A stretch of DNA of 64,000 nt from an uncultured delta proteobacterium (GCA_963771465.1 CAVYTU010000009.1:1-64000); one strand, 5' to 3'; counted from the stretch's first letter, positions 21,210 through 30,198 are shown. The notes: generated by a model from the letters alone, not told the origin. Translations and numbers: made by a program.

Positions 21210-21650
21210 CTAAGCTAAGCCTTCAAGCGCTCCGCAGACGCATATCAACGCTAGCCTCATGCGTTTTTCGACGGTTGCTTTTCTATCCATGTAAAAACCC
21301 CCGCCAATTGAATTTATGAAGTCATTTCCTTTCACATCCAGATTTGTTGCTTCCACGTTATGTGCGAGATGATTTCGCACTTCATTGAGTTTATCGATTG
21401 AGGTCCAAACCCAAGCATTTTCTTGCTGGTAGAACATTGCTTTTGCGAGGCGAAGCCGATGGGAAAAACTCATCCGCGTTCCAAGTGCAGCTGGGTGCTT
21501 CATTTTGCCTTCAATCAGTGAAACGAGTTGCTCCTCGATAAGTAGATGCCCTTTTAGGACGATAAGAGTTAAATCGTTTGAAGGAAGATGGTTAACCAAG
21601 CGTACGAGCGGCTTAACGTTCAGAGTCTTCGCGTTTTTTCGGCTAGCCAT
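21210..21650 (-). CDS. Hypothetical protein, HEPN/MtlR-like fold
   Basis: LKGHLLIEEQL, F..RL.LA, LNEVRNHLAH (R-x4-H). Confidence 0.6.
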   Translation of the reverse strand: MASRKNAKTLNVKPLVRLVNHLPSNDLTLIVLKGHLLIEEQLVSLIEGKMKHPAALGTRMSFSHRLRLAKAMFYQQENAWVWTSIDKLNEVRNHLAHNVEATNLDVKGNDFINSIGGGFYMDRKATVEKRMRLALICVCGALEGLA

Positions 21651-22055
21651 TTTGAATCAGCCACTCCAAGTCGCTCATCGTGTCCTGCTTCTTCTGCTTC
21701 AAGAAGTGCGCGTAGACTCTCATCGTGATCGAAACATCAGCGTGGCCCAAGTACTCTGAAATCTCCGTTATTGGCCGCTTGAGCAAAATCAGCATGGACG
21801 CATAGGAATGCCGGAGTCCGTGCATGGTGACCGCCTTCTCGATTCCCGCTTGTTCGAGCGCCGGCGCTAACCCGTGTCGACCTATTCCAGTCCGGTTGCA
21901 CGGTTCCCCGAACTCATTGCAGAACACCAGGTCAAGCCGGCTCCTTGGGCATTTCTCTTTCCATGCGCGCAAGGCCGAAACGAGCTCGGCAGAAATAGGA
22001 ATGTCCCGTAACCCCTTTTCGGTCTTTGGATTAAACCAGCGGTGCTCCAGATGGC
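21643..22055 (-). pseudogene. Tyrosine recombinase/integrase, C-terminal remnant
   Basis: PKTEKGLRDIP, HGLRHSYAS, LGHADVSITMRVYAH. The 5' part is replaced by a MORN fragment. Confidence 0.9.
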
Positions 22056-22316
22056 GACAGATACGTCGGTGAATTCAGGGACGGCACCTTCAATGGGCAA
22101 GGCACCCTTTCGTCGGCTAGTGGCGCGACATACGTCGGTGAGTTCAAGGACGGTAACCGCAGTGGACAAGGCACTTCTATTTTGACTGATGGCAGAAAGT
22201 ACGTCGGTGAGTTCAGGGACGGTAAGACCAACGGGGAGGGCACCGAATATCGTGCCGACGGATCAAACCTGCGATCAGGAATTTGGAAGGACGGTGTTTT
22301 TATCAAAGTCCGATAA
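22050..22316 (+). pseudogene. MORN-repeat protein, 3' fragment
   Basis: DGDRYVGEFRDGTFNGQG / YVGEFKDG.RSGQG / YVGEFRDG..NGEG, ending G.WKDG..stop. No start codon. Confidence 0.85.
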
Positions 22317-22325
22317 AATATGAGT

Positions 22326-22346
22326 GCGTCTCGCCGGATTCGTCTG
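22326..22346 (+). repeat. 21-bp repeat, copy 1
   Basis: GCGTCTCGCCGGATTCGTCTG; other copies at 22620-22640 and, inverted, 33301-33320. Confidence 0.8.
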
Positions 22347-22357
22347 TTCGAGCGACA

Positions 22358-22603
22358 ATGAAACTCTGGTTTCAAATCGTAGTCACCATAGGAATTATCT
22401 CCGTGTCTGTCGCGTCTGTGTCGTATACGTGGCAGACGTGGCGGGCTTACCGACTTGAAATGCGCGCTGAAGAAGTTTGCACAATGTATCTAGACTCCAA
22501 AAGGCGCGAATTCGACTCCGTCGAAATATGGTTCAGTCAAAGGCAGTGTGTCAACATGGTGATGGGCAAGGGCGAAGCGAAAGGATTGAGTCCTACACCT
22601 TAG
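22358..22603 (+). CDS. Small single-TM hypothetical protein (copy 1)
   Basis: MKLWFQIVVTIGIISVSVAS.. with two Cys; near-identical inverted copy at 33351-33584. Confidence 0.75.
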   Translation: MKLWFQIVVTIGIISVSVASVSYTWQTWRAYRLEMRAEEVCTMYLDSKRREFDSVEIWFSQRQCVNMVMGKGEAKGLSPTP

Positions 22604-22619
22604 CGCCGTGGCCTAAATC

Positions 22620-22640
22620 GCGTCTCGCCGGCTTCGTCTG
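22620..22640 (+). repeat. 21-bp repeat, copy 2
   Basis: GCGTCTCGCCGGCTTCGTCTG, 20/21 identical to copy 1. Confidence 0.8.
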
Positions 22641-22712
22641 CACCAGCGAAATAATGCACAGTCTCCAAGCACCGAATGGCCAATTGCGACACTTCGGCTA
22701 CAAGCTGAAACA

Positions 22713-22895
22713 TTATTCGCGGTCATCAATCCTCCACCAAAACTTATCGGCCAGCCAAACCACCACCGCTAAAAACGCCAGCGCCACCAGGGCCATGAAC
22801 ACAGCAACAAACGCAATTAGCGCCGGCGCAATTATCAGCAGCGCCGCCAAATAGAAAAACATGTCATGCCAACTCACGCCGCCAGCCACCACCAA
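22713..22895 (-). CDS. Small hydrophobic membrane protein
   Basis: Long uninterrupted hydrophobic stretch with a charged tail. Confidence 0.5.
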   Translation of the reverse strand: MVVAGGVSWHDMFFYLAALLIIAPALIAFVAVFMALVALAFLAVVVWLADKFWWRIDDRE

Positions 22896-22933
22896 AATGT
22901 CGCCGTTACCAGGGTAACTTCTGTACGAAGCAT

Positions 22934-23416
22934 TTAATTACGGCGTGTGATTATGTTTGTTGGATTTGAAATGCTCTTTCGCCGCTTGTACATATTCACA
23001 GCGACTTCACGAATTAACTTCATATCTAGGGTTTCCGAATGCGCATCGCCATCCCTGGTTTGATATTCCAGCGTCACGCCCCCGGACTCGGAGGAGCAGG
23101 TGCTGAGCCGCAATATCTCCGCCCTTTTGCTATCCATGTAATTGCCAGCAGCCCGAAGGATTTCAGACAGTCTGTCGAACCGAAGCTCGGACTTCGTTTG
23201 ACGGCGCCGCGACTGATTTTCACGGTCGATTATTGTGATGCTGTCGGAAGAAAACTGTAGCTTGAGAACTCCCGTGTAAGGCGGATTTGGATCACCGCAT
23301 TCCACGAGAAATGTGTCGGCATCGGTGATGGTCAATTCGAAAAGATCGATGTTGTGGCTTTCCAACGCTTGACCGACACACCGAAGAGCGCTGGCGTAGG
23401 GAGCGTGATAAAGCAT
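22934..23416 (-). CDS. Hypothetical protein, internally duplicated LRxxG family (paralog A)
   Basis: Aligns by eye with 49974-50528 and 54077-54544. Confidence 0.8.
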   Translation of the reverse strand: MLYHAPYASALRCVGQALESHNIDLFELTITDADTFLVECGDPNPPYTGVLKLQFSSDSITIIDRENQSRRRQTKSELRFDRLSEILRAAGNYMDSKRAEILRLSTCSSESGGVTLEYQTRDGDAHSETLDMKLIREVAVNMYKRRKSISNPTNIITRRN

Positions 23417-23738
23417 ACCGTTCTTGGTTTTCCAACGGCTTCGCTATTTCGTTAAGTAAGCTGACGGCTAGCGCAACACGACACCGGGGTTTATCGCTGA
23501 TGAGAATGGATTGCAACCCGCGAAACAGCGGTTGCACTGAGAGCGGGCGGGCTATTTTCGAATTGAAATGCAGGGATAGATCTAATGTCGCGTCAACGCT
23601 GATTTAGCTCGACGGAGTTTTCGTAATGCTTGTCGTCCGCTTGGGGCGAATGAAATATCCCAAACCTCTGCAAGACTTTCTCTTCCATTATTAAGTTTTT
23701 GTCCATGTGAAGGTTAGAGTTATCTAGCATTTATATTT

Positions 23739-23754
23739 TGGTACAGTGATTGCT
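23739..23754 (+). promoter_or_regulatory. Sigma54 promoter
   Basis: TGGTACAGTGATTGCT followed by a GGAGG RBS and a small ORF. Confidence 0.6.
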
Positions 23755-23787
23755 GTCCTTCCTGATAGCATTACGGAGGAATGAAAT

Positions 23788-23919
23788 ATGGACTCTTTGA
23801 ACCGACTGCAAATCGTCCAGGAAGTTCTCAGCGAATGCGGAATGAAGTGGATTAACGACCCGACGAACGTAAAACGATTCGTGAAATGCTCGCGAGGACA
23901 ATCGAAAAGATACAGTTAG
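23788..23919 (+). CDS. 43-aa small ORF
   Basis: MDSLNRLQIVQEVLSECGMKW.. with upstream GGAGG and a sigma54 motif; too short for the ORF track. Confidence 0.45.
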   Translation: MDSLNRLQIVQEVLSECGMKWINDPTNVKRFVKCSRGQSKRYS

Positions 23920-23981
23920 ATTAAACCTGAGCGCACCTATGGTCCGCCTAAATATGAAACTGTCTACAACAGGAGGAGTTA

Positions 23982-24251
23982 ATGAGCACGTACTATTTCG
24001 TTGCTTTTGAGACTCGTTCGAAGGCGGATTCGTCGATTAAAACTGCGGCTAACGTCATCCTGAAGGACTTGCATCCGGTGATTTGGCTATCGAACCCGCC
24101 GGAAATTTTTAGGGAATTCTGGGTGGCCTACTTGCTCTTTTGGTCCGAAATTTCAGAGGACGTTGCAATCGAGGGCGCTAAATACACTCCCATGGAGGGC
24201 GTAGGTTCTACTGTTAGTGTTCGCGAAACGATGGCAAAGTCCGGTGTCTAA
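23982..24251 (+). CDS. Hypothetical protein
   Basis: AGGAGG RBS; 89-aa ORF with a plausible globular composition. Confidence 0.65.
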   Translation: MSTYYFVAFETRSKADSSIKTAANVILKDLHPVIWLSNPPEIFREFWVAYLLFWSEISEDVAIEGAKYTPMEGVGSTVSVRETMAKSGV

Positions 24252-24333
24252 ACTTCAGAATATCCTCCAGAGAAATTTGGCTCTGGGCGGCCTACGCCAT
24301 AATGGGAAGTTTATTTACAAGGAACCTGACTGG

Positions 24334-24720
24334 ATGAACCTGAAAATCATTGGCCTCCAATCTCACGAAGGCCATAAGTGTCTAGCTTATACTGTCATGT
24401 TCGATGACTTGGATCGTGGCCGGCGTATGGTAGCGCAAATATCAAAAGCCGCTCTTATCGATCCCGCTGCGCATCCACTTTCTGAGGGAATTGATGTCGA
24501 GCCACAGGCGCGGGCAAACATACGCTATGAGCAGTACGACACCAGTGTGCGGAAACTGCTTTCGGCTCAAATCGGAACGCTGAATTACCGGTACAGGAAA
24601 ACGAAGGATGAAGCTGTTAAGGCGAACTTGATCGCCTCACCCCCGAGCTTGAAAAGCTACCGAAGCGGTAGGAATTCCGCGGATAATATGTGTGAATTGA
24701 ACATACGCTTGAATGCTTAA
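24334..24720 (+). CDS. Hypothetical protein (LKIIxLQSH..FDDLDRG family)
   Basis: N-terminus is homologous to 36268-36477. Confidence 0.65.
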   Translation: MNLKIIGLQSHEGHKCLAYTVMFDDLDRGRRMVAQISKAALIDPAAHPLSEGIDVEPQARANIRYEQYDTSVRKLLSAQIGTLNYRYRKTKDEAVKANLIASPPSLKSYRSGRNSADNMCELNIRLNA

Positions 24721-25120
24721 CACTGAAGTTTCTAACATTGCCGCGTCAATTTCGTCAGTACAAACCAAGGAGCTTGAGAACGGAAATCACCAAATCTCGC
24801 GCGGTAAGTTTGACCCAGTCCAGTATTGCGCCTATTTCGGCGAGCGGAAGTATTTTGAGAGCACCCAACGGCAACCCTACGATAACAGCTATTGCGATGC
24901 CAAGCTTCCAAGTCATCGGAAGATCTCCTCAAAGACAAATCTCATCGCATCTCATTCGCATTTTCATGTTACAACCACGTAACAACGGCAGGCACCTTTT
25001 AGCACTTTCTGAACTTTCCGACCAGTTAGATACCACAGGCTATCACACAGGGAGTTTGATAAAAGAGATCCGCCTCAGCGCTGAAGTAGTTTTACGCATA
25101 TTTAAAGGAGTAAATGCATT

Positions 25121-25453
25121 TTGAAACCTGATGAAATTTCCTTAGCTACCGAGGATAAGGAATTATATAAAGAATTGTGCTCCCTGAAACTTAACGGCGT
25201 AAAAGTACACCCGGAGGTAAAAAAGTCTTCAGGCCTTAAAACCGTAAGGAATGTGATTATTGCTGTCTCAAATAACGCGGCTATCATCGCCCTTGCCGGG
25301 TGGCTCGTTGAAAATTTCCGCCAACGTAAAACCAAGAAAGGCACCATAAATGGTCATCGAATACCGGAAGAGAAGGGTGAAGTAATCATTCTGATCAAAA
25401 ACCAATTGAATGCAAACACACCCGCACCCAAAGAGAAAAAGAAGAATCCATAG
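25121..25453 (+). CDS. Hypothetical protein with one hydrophobic helix and a basic tail
   Basis: AAGGAG RBS upstream; AAIIALAGWL...RQRK...ING. Confidence 0.6.
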   Translation: MKPDEISLATEDKELYKELCSLKLNGVKVHPEVKKSSGLKTVRNVIIAVSNNAAIIALAGWLVENFRQRKTKKGTINGHRIPEEKGEVIILIKNQLNANTPAPKEKKKNP

Positions 25454-26027
25454 TCTATATTTTCAAAAATGTTATTCATCCATGGCTCGTTAAACGTTAT
25501 CGGCGCGAGCTGTCAGGCGATCGGCGCAACGAACGGGAAAAGAACCAACTCCGTAATGCGTTGCGGGTCGCAACCCTAGGAATTCAGCAGGCTTGCGTCC
25601 CACTCTTAGTGGATAAGATGAATTATCTCGCCGCTTACTTCCGCGAGAATAAAGAAGAAATCGATCATTTGCGCTGGCAACTGGATGTCGTGCGACGACC
25701 GGTTCGGCGTAATGCAAGATTTTGGCGCGCAGCGAGGACAGCAACTTGCCACTACAAATCTTTTTCCGTGCCGGCCATGAGGTTGAGCAATGAACGACGA
25801 AACCTTTCAACGTCTGAGTCGAATCGATGAACAATTGATTGAGCTTTGCGCGTGGCTGAACGAGAAGCATGATGTTGCCACCGCATCGAGGCTAATTCCG
25901 ATCGCGGATGATTTGACGAGTTTAGTTGCAGAGTTGAGCGTGAAAAAGCGATAATCTCAGTTTCAACGTCGCAGTGCGTGGCTTCCCACACCGAACCTCC
26001 GATAAGCACGGTTTAACTGGAGAAATC

Positions 26028-26381
26028 ATGAAATTATTTTTCATTGCAGCTGCATTATTTCTTACCTTTGCGAGAGCACATGCCGCAGAAGACGTTACAT
26101 TAGACTGTCGTACATGGGGAGGTTGGAAGGACGAACAAAAAACTCATTATCTTTTAGGGTATAATGACGTGGTCGCACTGTTTGGGTTAGGTGGAGCAGT
26201 CGGAGGGCAATCCAGCCAAGAGGTCCAACAGATGATTTCTACTTTCTGGCCACAAGGATATAACCTTGGAAAATTGGCAGATGAACTAGACAAACTGTGT
26301 CAGACAGAACCGCTTAAGAAAATGCGCCTGAATCTTGTAATCGCTGGATTGGCTAAAGTGCAGCGAGAAAATGCAAAATAG
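26028..26381 (+). CDS. Small secreted protein, loosely Rap1a-immunity-like
   Basis: GGAG RBS, signal peptide ending AHA, DC..W..YLLG..D and a second Cys. Confidence 0.65.
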   Translation: MKLFFIAAALFLTFARAHAAEDVTLDCRTWGGWKDEQKTHYLLGYNDVVALFGLGGAVGGQSSQEVQQMISTFWPQGYNLGKLADELDKLCQTEPLKKMRLNLVIAGLAKVQRENAK

Positions 26382-26447
26382 GGTCACTTAAAGAGCGGGG
26401 TATCGATAGTGACATTCAAATCATATCATCCAACGGCGATAGGACTT

Positions 26448-27487
26448 TTACTTTGTAATCGTTGCCGGCCGGCTCAATGCTTGATACAAGAGGGAAAACG
26501 CATTGGCAACATGATACCAAATCGTTCTTTTTTCCCGTCGCTCGCTGTTATAAGTCCATCGCCCGCTCAAAGCTTCAATAAGCACCTTAGCGCCAATCGG
26601 ATCGATTTGAAGCGCAGGACAGAATAATCCCGGCGTAGCCTTTCCAATCAGATCAAGCACGGCATCGCGCCGACTTTCCCACTTACTCGGAGATTTTTCC
26701 CATATGCCGCCGATGGCATCCTCAAGAATTTCCAACAAGTCCCATTCGGTTTGTTGATCGACTTCCTCAAAGGCGCCGAGCAGCATCGGATGATTTCTCA
26801 TAGCCCAGCGCGCGTTATCGGCGAGCCAAGGTTTCACCATGGTTTCAACGTGACGCCGTAAGCCCATTCCCTCGCTGACGAACGCCGCCAAAACGCGAAT
26901 CGATCCATGCGCTTGCTGCGCAATGAGCGTCGTCGGCACGTCGACGAGGATCTGGCCGATATAAATCGGCGAGCCGGGATAAGGGACGAGCCTTTCTCTT
27001 GAAACGTGCAGCGACTTATTGAACCCGCGCGCACTTCGGCTGCCGATCTCGCCGCGGTGCGCCATCGCCGAGACGCACGCCATCGCCAACGCCACAATGG
27101 CGTCGATCTTCTTCGATGCCTTTTCCTTCGCAATGCGCCAGCCGCGCGGATTCTCAACGGCGATGGTGTTGAGCGCTTGCTGTCGTAATTCGTCGGAGGA
27201 ATAGAGCTCCAGGTTTCTGCCGTTCAGCAGATCGAAAAGCGTTTGACCCATGAGCGTGCAATTCCCCTGCGTCTGGGGAAACTCCCGGATCGGCACACCG
27301 GCCGCTTCAAGCGTCGTGATGGACCTGTGCATTTGATACGGATCAGAGAGAACTTCGACCACGTCGCTATTGTCGTTCAGACTTCGTAGGTCTTCTTCGA
27401 TCGTATCCTCCAAATTCAGGGGTTGCATCGACGTCGGATGCCAAATCCGATGAGAAACGAGAATGAGCTTCTCGCCTTGCCGGGACG
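26448..27487 (-). pseudogene. Phage terminase large subunit, C-terminal nuclease part only
   Basis: DPYQ, EFPQT, KIDAIVALAMA. The ATPase half is absent between this and the upstream gene. Confidence 0.7.
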
Positions 27488-27946
27488 TTATGTCTGATCG
27501 GTGCTTTCCGCTTCACCCTTGAGCACGTCGTGGATAGTGAGCGTCTTGCTTACCCGCTTGAGCCCAAGCGTTCTGAGATTCTCGCGCAGGTGGGCGGAGA
27601 GCTGGGTTCTAACCCCGAGCACAGGATGCGGCCGGCCTTTACGCACCAAGCTTTTTAGCCCCATCAAGTAATTGTCCAAACTCGCAACGTAGAGCATGTT
27701 TTTAACTGAATCCGCGATGATCGCGTGCTCTTGAGGCGAAGGATCGCCACCCAAAGCTTTGATGATTTCCTGTTCCTTAAACCGTAAGGCGCGAAAGAGC
27801 GATGATCTTTCATCTAAACCCTCGCCATTTAGCATCGCTTTGTAACTGTGAAGCCCGTGCTTGACGGCATTCTTGTTGCCTGACGGCGCGCCACGGGCGC
27901 GGGTTCTTAAAGTCATGTCAATGCTGTCGTTGTTTTTGGATGGCAT
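27488..27946 (-). CDS. Terminase small subunit-like protein
   Basis: RGAPSGNKNAVKHGLHS motif, HP...., LRTLGLKR; directly upstream of the TerL fragment. Confidence 0.65.
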   Translation of the reverse strand: MPSKNNDSIDMTLRTRARGAPSGNKNAVKHGLHSYKAMLNGEGLDERSSLFRALRFKEQEIIKALGGDPSPQEHAIIADSVKNMLYVASLDNYLMGLKSLVRKGRPHPVLGVRTQLSAHLRENLRTLGLKRVSKTLTIHDVLKGEAESTDQT

Positions 27947-27966
27947 TGGTCGAATCAATCTCCCTA

Positions 27967-28046
27967 TTGACACAGTTTTGGCACAGCGAATTAAAACTTA
28001 TTGAAATCGCGAGTGTTTATCTTCCAGACAGGATAGGAAATCCTGT
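27967..28046 (-). promoter_or_regulatory. Inverted att-like half site (core + IHF-like site + arm repeats)
   Basis: Minus strand: core ACAGGATTTCCTATCCTGT resembling the tRNA anticodon arm, then TTTCAATAAGTTT, then CTGTGCCAAA-ACTGTGTCAA. Confidence 0.6.
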
Positions 28047-28169
28047 GTTGTAACTGCACTCACCTGCGAATTTAGACCGTGCAGCGCGCGTGAAGCGTTC
28101 GGATTAGCCGTTTTGATTTGCAGATTTAGAGCATCAAACATTTCGCCTTCATTGTGCTACCTTGTCGGC

Positions 28170-28679
28170 ATGGCTACAGTTGTACGGCGACCGTTTACTG
28201 ATCAGTACTTGTTGGAATATTCAAGCAACCACGTTTATTACGAAATTGACCATTTCTTATGGCTCGCGGAAAAGCTCGATAAGCAAATACTTATTGGTGC
28301 GGCGTCGCCTGAGGACGTGACAAAGGTCAACAACGTCTTGATCGAAGGCTTCGGATTACACTTGCGTAACGTGATAGATTTCCTGTATCCACGCGGTAGC
28401 GTACGACCCGACGACATTATAGCCGCAGATTTTTTTGCACCTGGTAGTTGGGACGCACTTAAGCCTGCACCGCTCAGCGATTCCCTGGTAGAAGCCCGAA
28501 TTCGCTCCGACAAAGAAATGGCCCATCTTACAACAGCGCGGATAACCGGCACTCCTCCAGAAAAACAATGGGACTTTTCAGGAATAGCCTCAGAGCTAAA
28601 GCTAATTCTTCGACTCATGTGTGACAATGCTCTCGCCACCCGGTTAGCACCTAACGTAACGAATAGGATAAGACAGTAA
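28170..28679 (+). CDS. Hypothetical protein, HEPN (AbiU2-like) candidate
   Basis: HV.YE, IE.F.LH.RN..DFL, RSDKEMAHLT..R. Confidence 0.6.
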   Translation: MATVVRRPFTDQYLLEYSSNHVYYEIDHFLWLAEKLDKQILIGAASPEDVTKVNNVLIEGFGLHLRNVIDFLYPRGSVRPDDIIAADFFAPGSWDALKPAPLSDSLVEARIRSDKEMAHLTTARITGTPPEKQWDFSGIASELKLILRLMCDNALATRLAPNVTNRIRQ

Positions 28680-28704
28680 TTCCTGCGATGGCCGGTACGT
28701 ACTC

Positions 28705-28725
28705 CGTGCCACGCCTGTGCCAAAC
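28705..28725 (+). repeat. Two integrase arm-type repeats
   Basis: CGTGCCACGC-C-TGTGCCAAAC, matching 21187-21206. Confidence 0.7.
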
Positions 28726-28818
28726 GCAGCTTAACTGAACTGCATCAGCACAACTCGATTCGTTGATTTTCCTAGCTGAAATTGACGGAAGGCTACTCAG
28801 TTAGACGAGCGTTCACTT

Positions 28819-28857
28819 TTAGGAATCCTGCGCTCTATCCACCTGAGCTACGGGGGC
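28819..28857 (-). repeat. Displaced 5' half of tRNA-Arg(CCT) (att site)
   Basis: 38/39 identity to 21097-21135. It runs from tRNA base 1 to the end of the anticodon loop. Confidence 0.92.
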
Positions 28858-28872
28858 GTATGAGATTTCAAT

Positions 28873-28900
28873 AAGTTACATAGACGATGGATGGAGTCAA
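28873..28900 (-). promoter_or_regulatory. Candidate sigma70 promoter pointing into the tRNA 5' half
   Basis: Minus strand TTGACT-N16-TAACTT, ending 15 bp before tRNA base 1. Confidence 0.45.
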
Positions 28901-29077
28901 CGCGCAAATGTCTCCAAAATGTCTCCACCGGCGGAGGTAGGCGGGTTGGTGCCCTACCCTATCTCCGTTTTTGGCGTGAATATTTTCATTAAAAGAGCCG
29001 GCTAGGGGGAACCTGATGAGCGATGAGGTGCGCAGCTCCCTTCCGATTCCCATTTCAAGCAAAAGGACGACTCACCT

Positions 29078-29552
29078 GTGCCCGGCAAAAAACCTAGCAA
29101 AAAAGAACTGGCTCGAATGAAGGCTATGAACAAACTCGGAGAGAGTCCAAGGTCTATCGCCGCTCGTATGGACCGGAGCCATAACACTGGTGGCCAAGTA
29201 TCTCAAGAGCGATGTTTACAACGACCGGGCGCTCACTGAGATGGTCGAAAAGATCAAAGAGAAAGAGCTAAGCGATCTCTATTTACTCGGCGCCAAAGGG
29301 CGGCATCGGCTGCCCGAGCTAGTAGACAAAGGTGATAGCCAAATGATCCCGACAATCGCGTTGGTCGATCGAGTTTTTCAGCAGCGCAGATTGTTAGAGG
29401 GTCGGAGCACAGCGAATATCGCGACGCTCACAGCGCTGATTGTGAATGCGGAGGAAAGTGGAGATCAAGGGCTTCGCGCCGTGTTCATAAAAAGTGCTGG
29501 TGACGGTGACGACACGTCGAATAGTCGCTTGAATGCGCTCGTATTGAACTGA
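29078..29552 (+). pseudogene. HTH protein, terminase small subunit-like, frameshifted
   Basis: GESPRSIAARMDRSHNT/VAKYL helix-turn-helix, then helices ending RRLLEGRSTANI. Confidence 0.5.
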
Positions 29553-29965
29553 AAAAGAATACAATTCACGGCCAGCTACAGAAAAAAGGTTCGGTTCGCT
29601 TTTTCTTGACCGGTTTCCTCCCGTTAGCCGTAACGAGCAAATCCCGACCTCGCGTAAAGAATTCCTTTAGCCCCGGCGCGCAGCTGTCTGGGATGCCGTG
29701 AGCGTGCAGCAGGGCCATAATTCATCGTCAGTAATCGGAAGCCTCATGCGCCAAATTCGTGAAATCACCTCGAAGTATGCGCTCCAATTTACAGCCCTTC
29801 CGGTGGGTGAAGACCCTTGCTCACACAAATGAATCACTAGCCGGTCAAGGCCCGATGCATCGGAGAGCGAAATAGGAGGTGCCCAGTTTGGCGTTTCGGA
29901 TGCCGGTAGTCGTTCAAATTCTTTTAGGCCTATTCGCAGCTCCTCTGGGTCACCATCCATTTGCG

Positions 29966-30198
<233 letters not shown>

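Larger units (their letters stand above)
21136..28818. mobile_element. Degraded integrative element (prophage/satellite remnant) between the intact tRNA-Arg and its displaced 5' half
   Basis: Bounded by a 39-bp direct repeat. Carries an integrase remnant, terminase-like genes and arm-type repeats at both ends. Confidence 0.8.

Noticed and set aside
22050-22260. 69-bp-period repeats (TACGTCGGTGAGTTCAGGGACGG) as a CRISPR array
   Set aside because: The period is 23 codons and the frame encodes MORN repeats; no cas genes are present.
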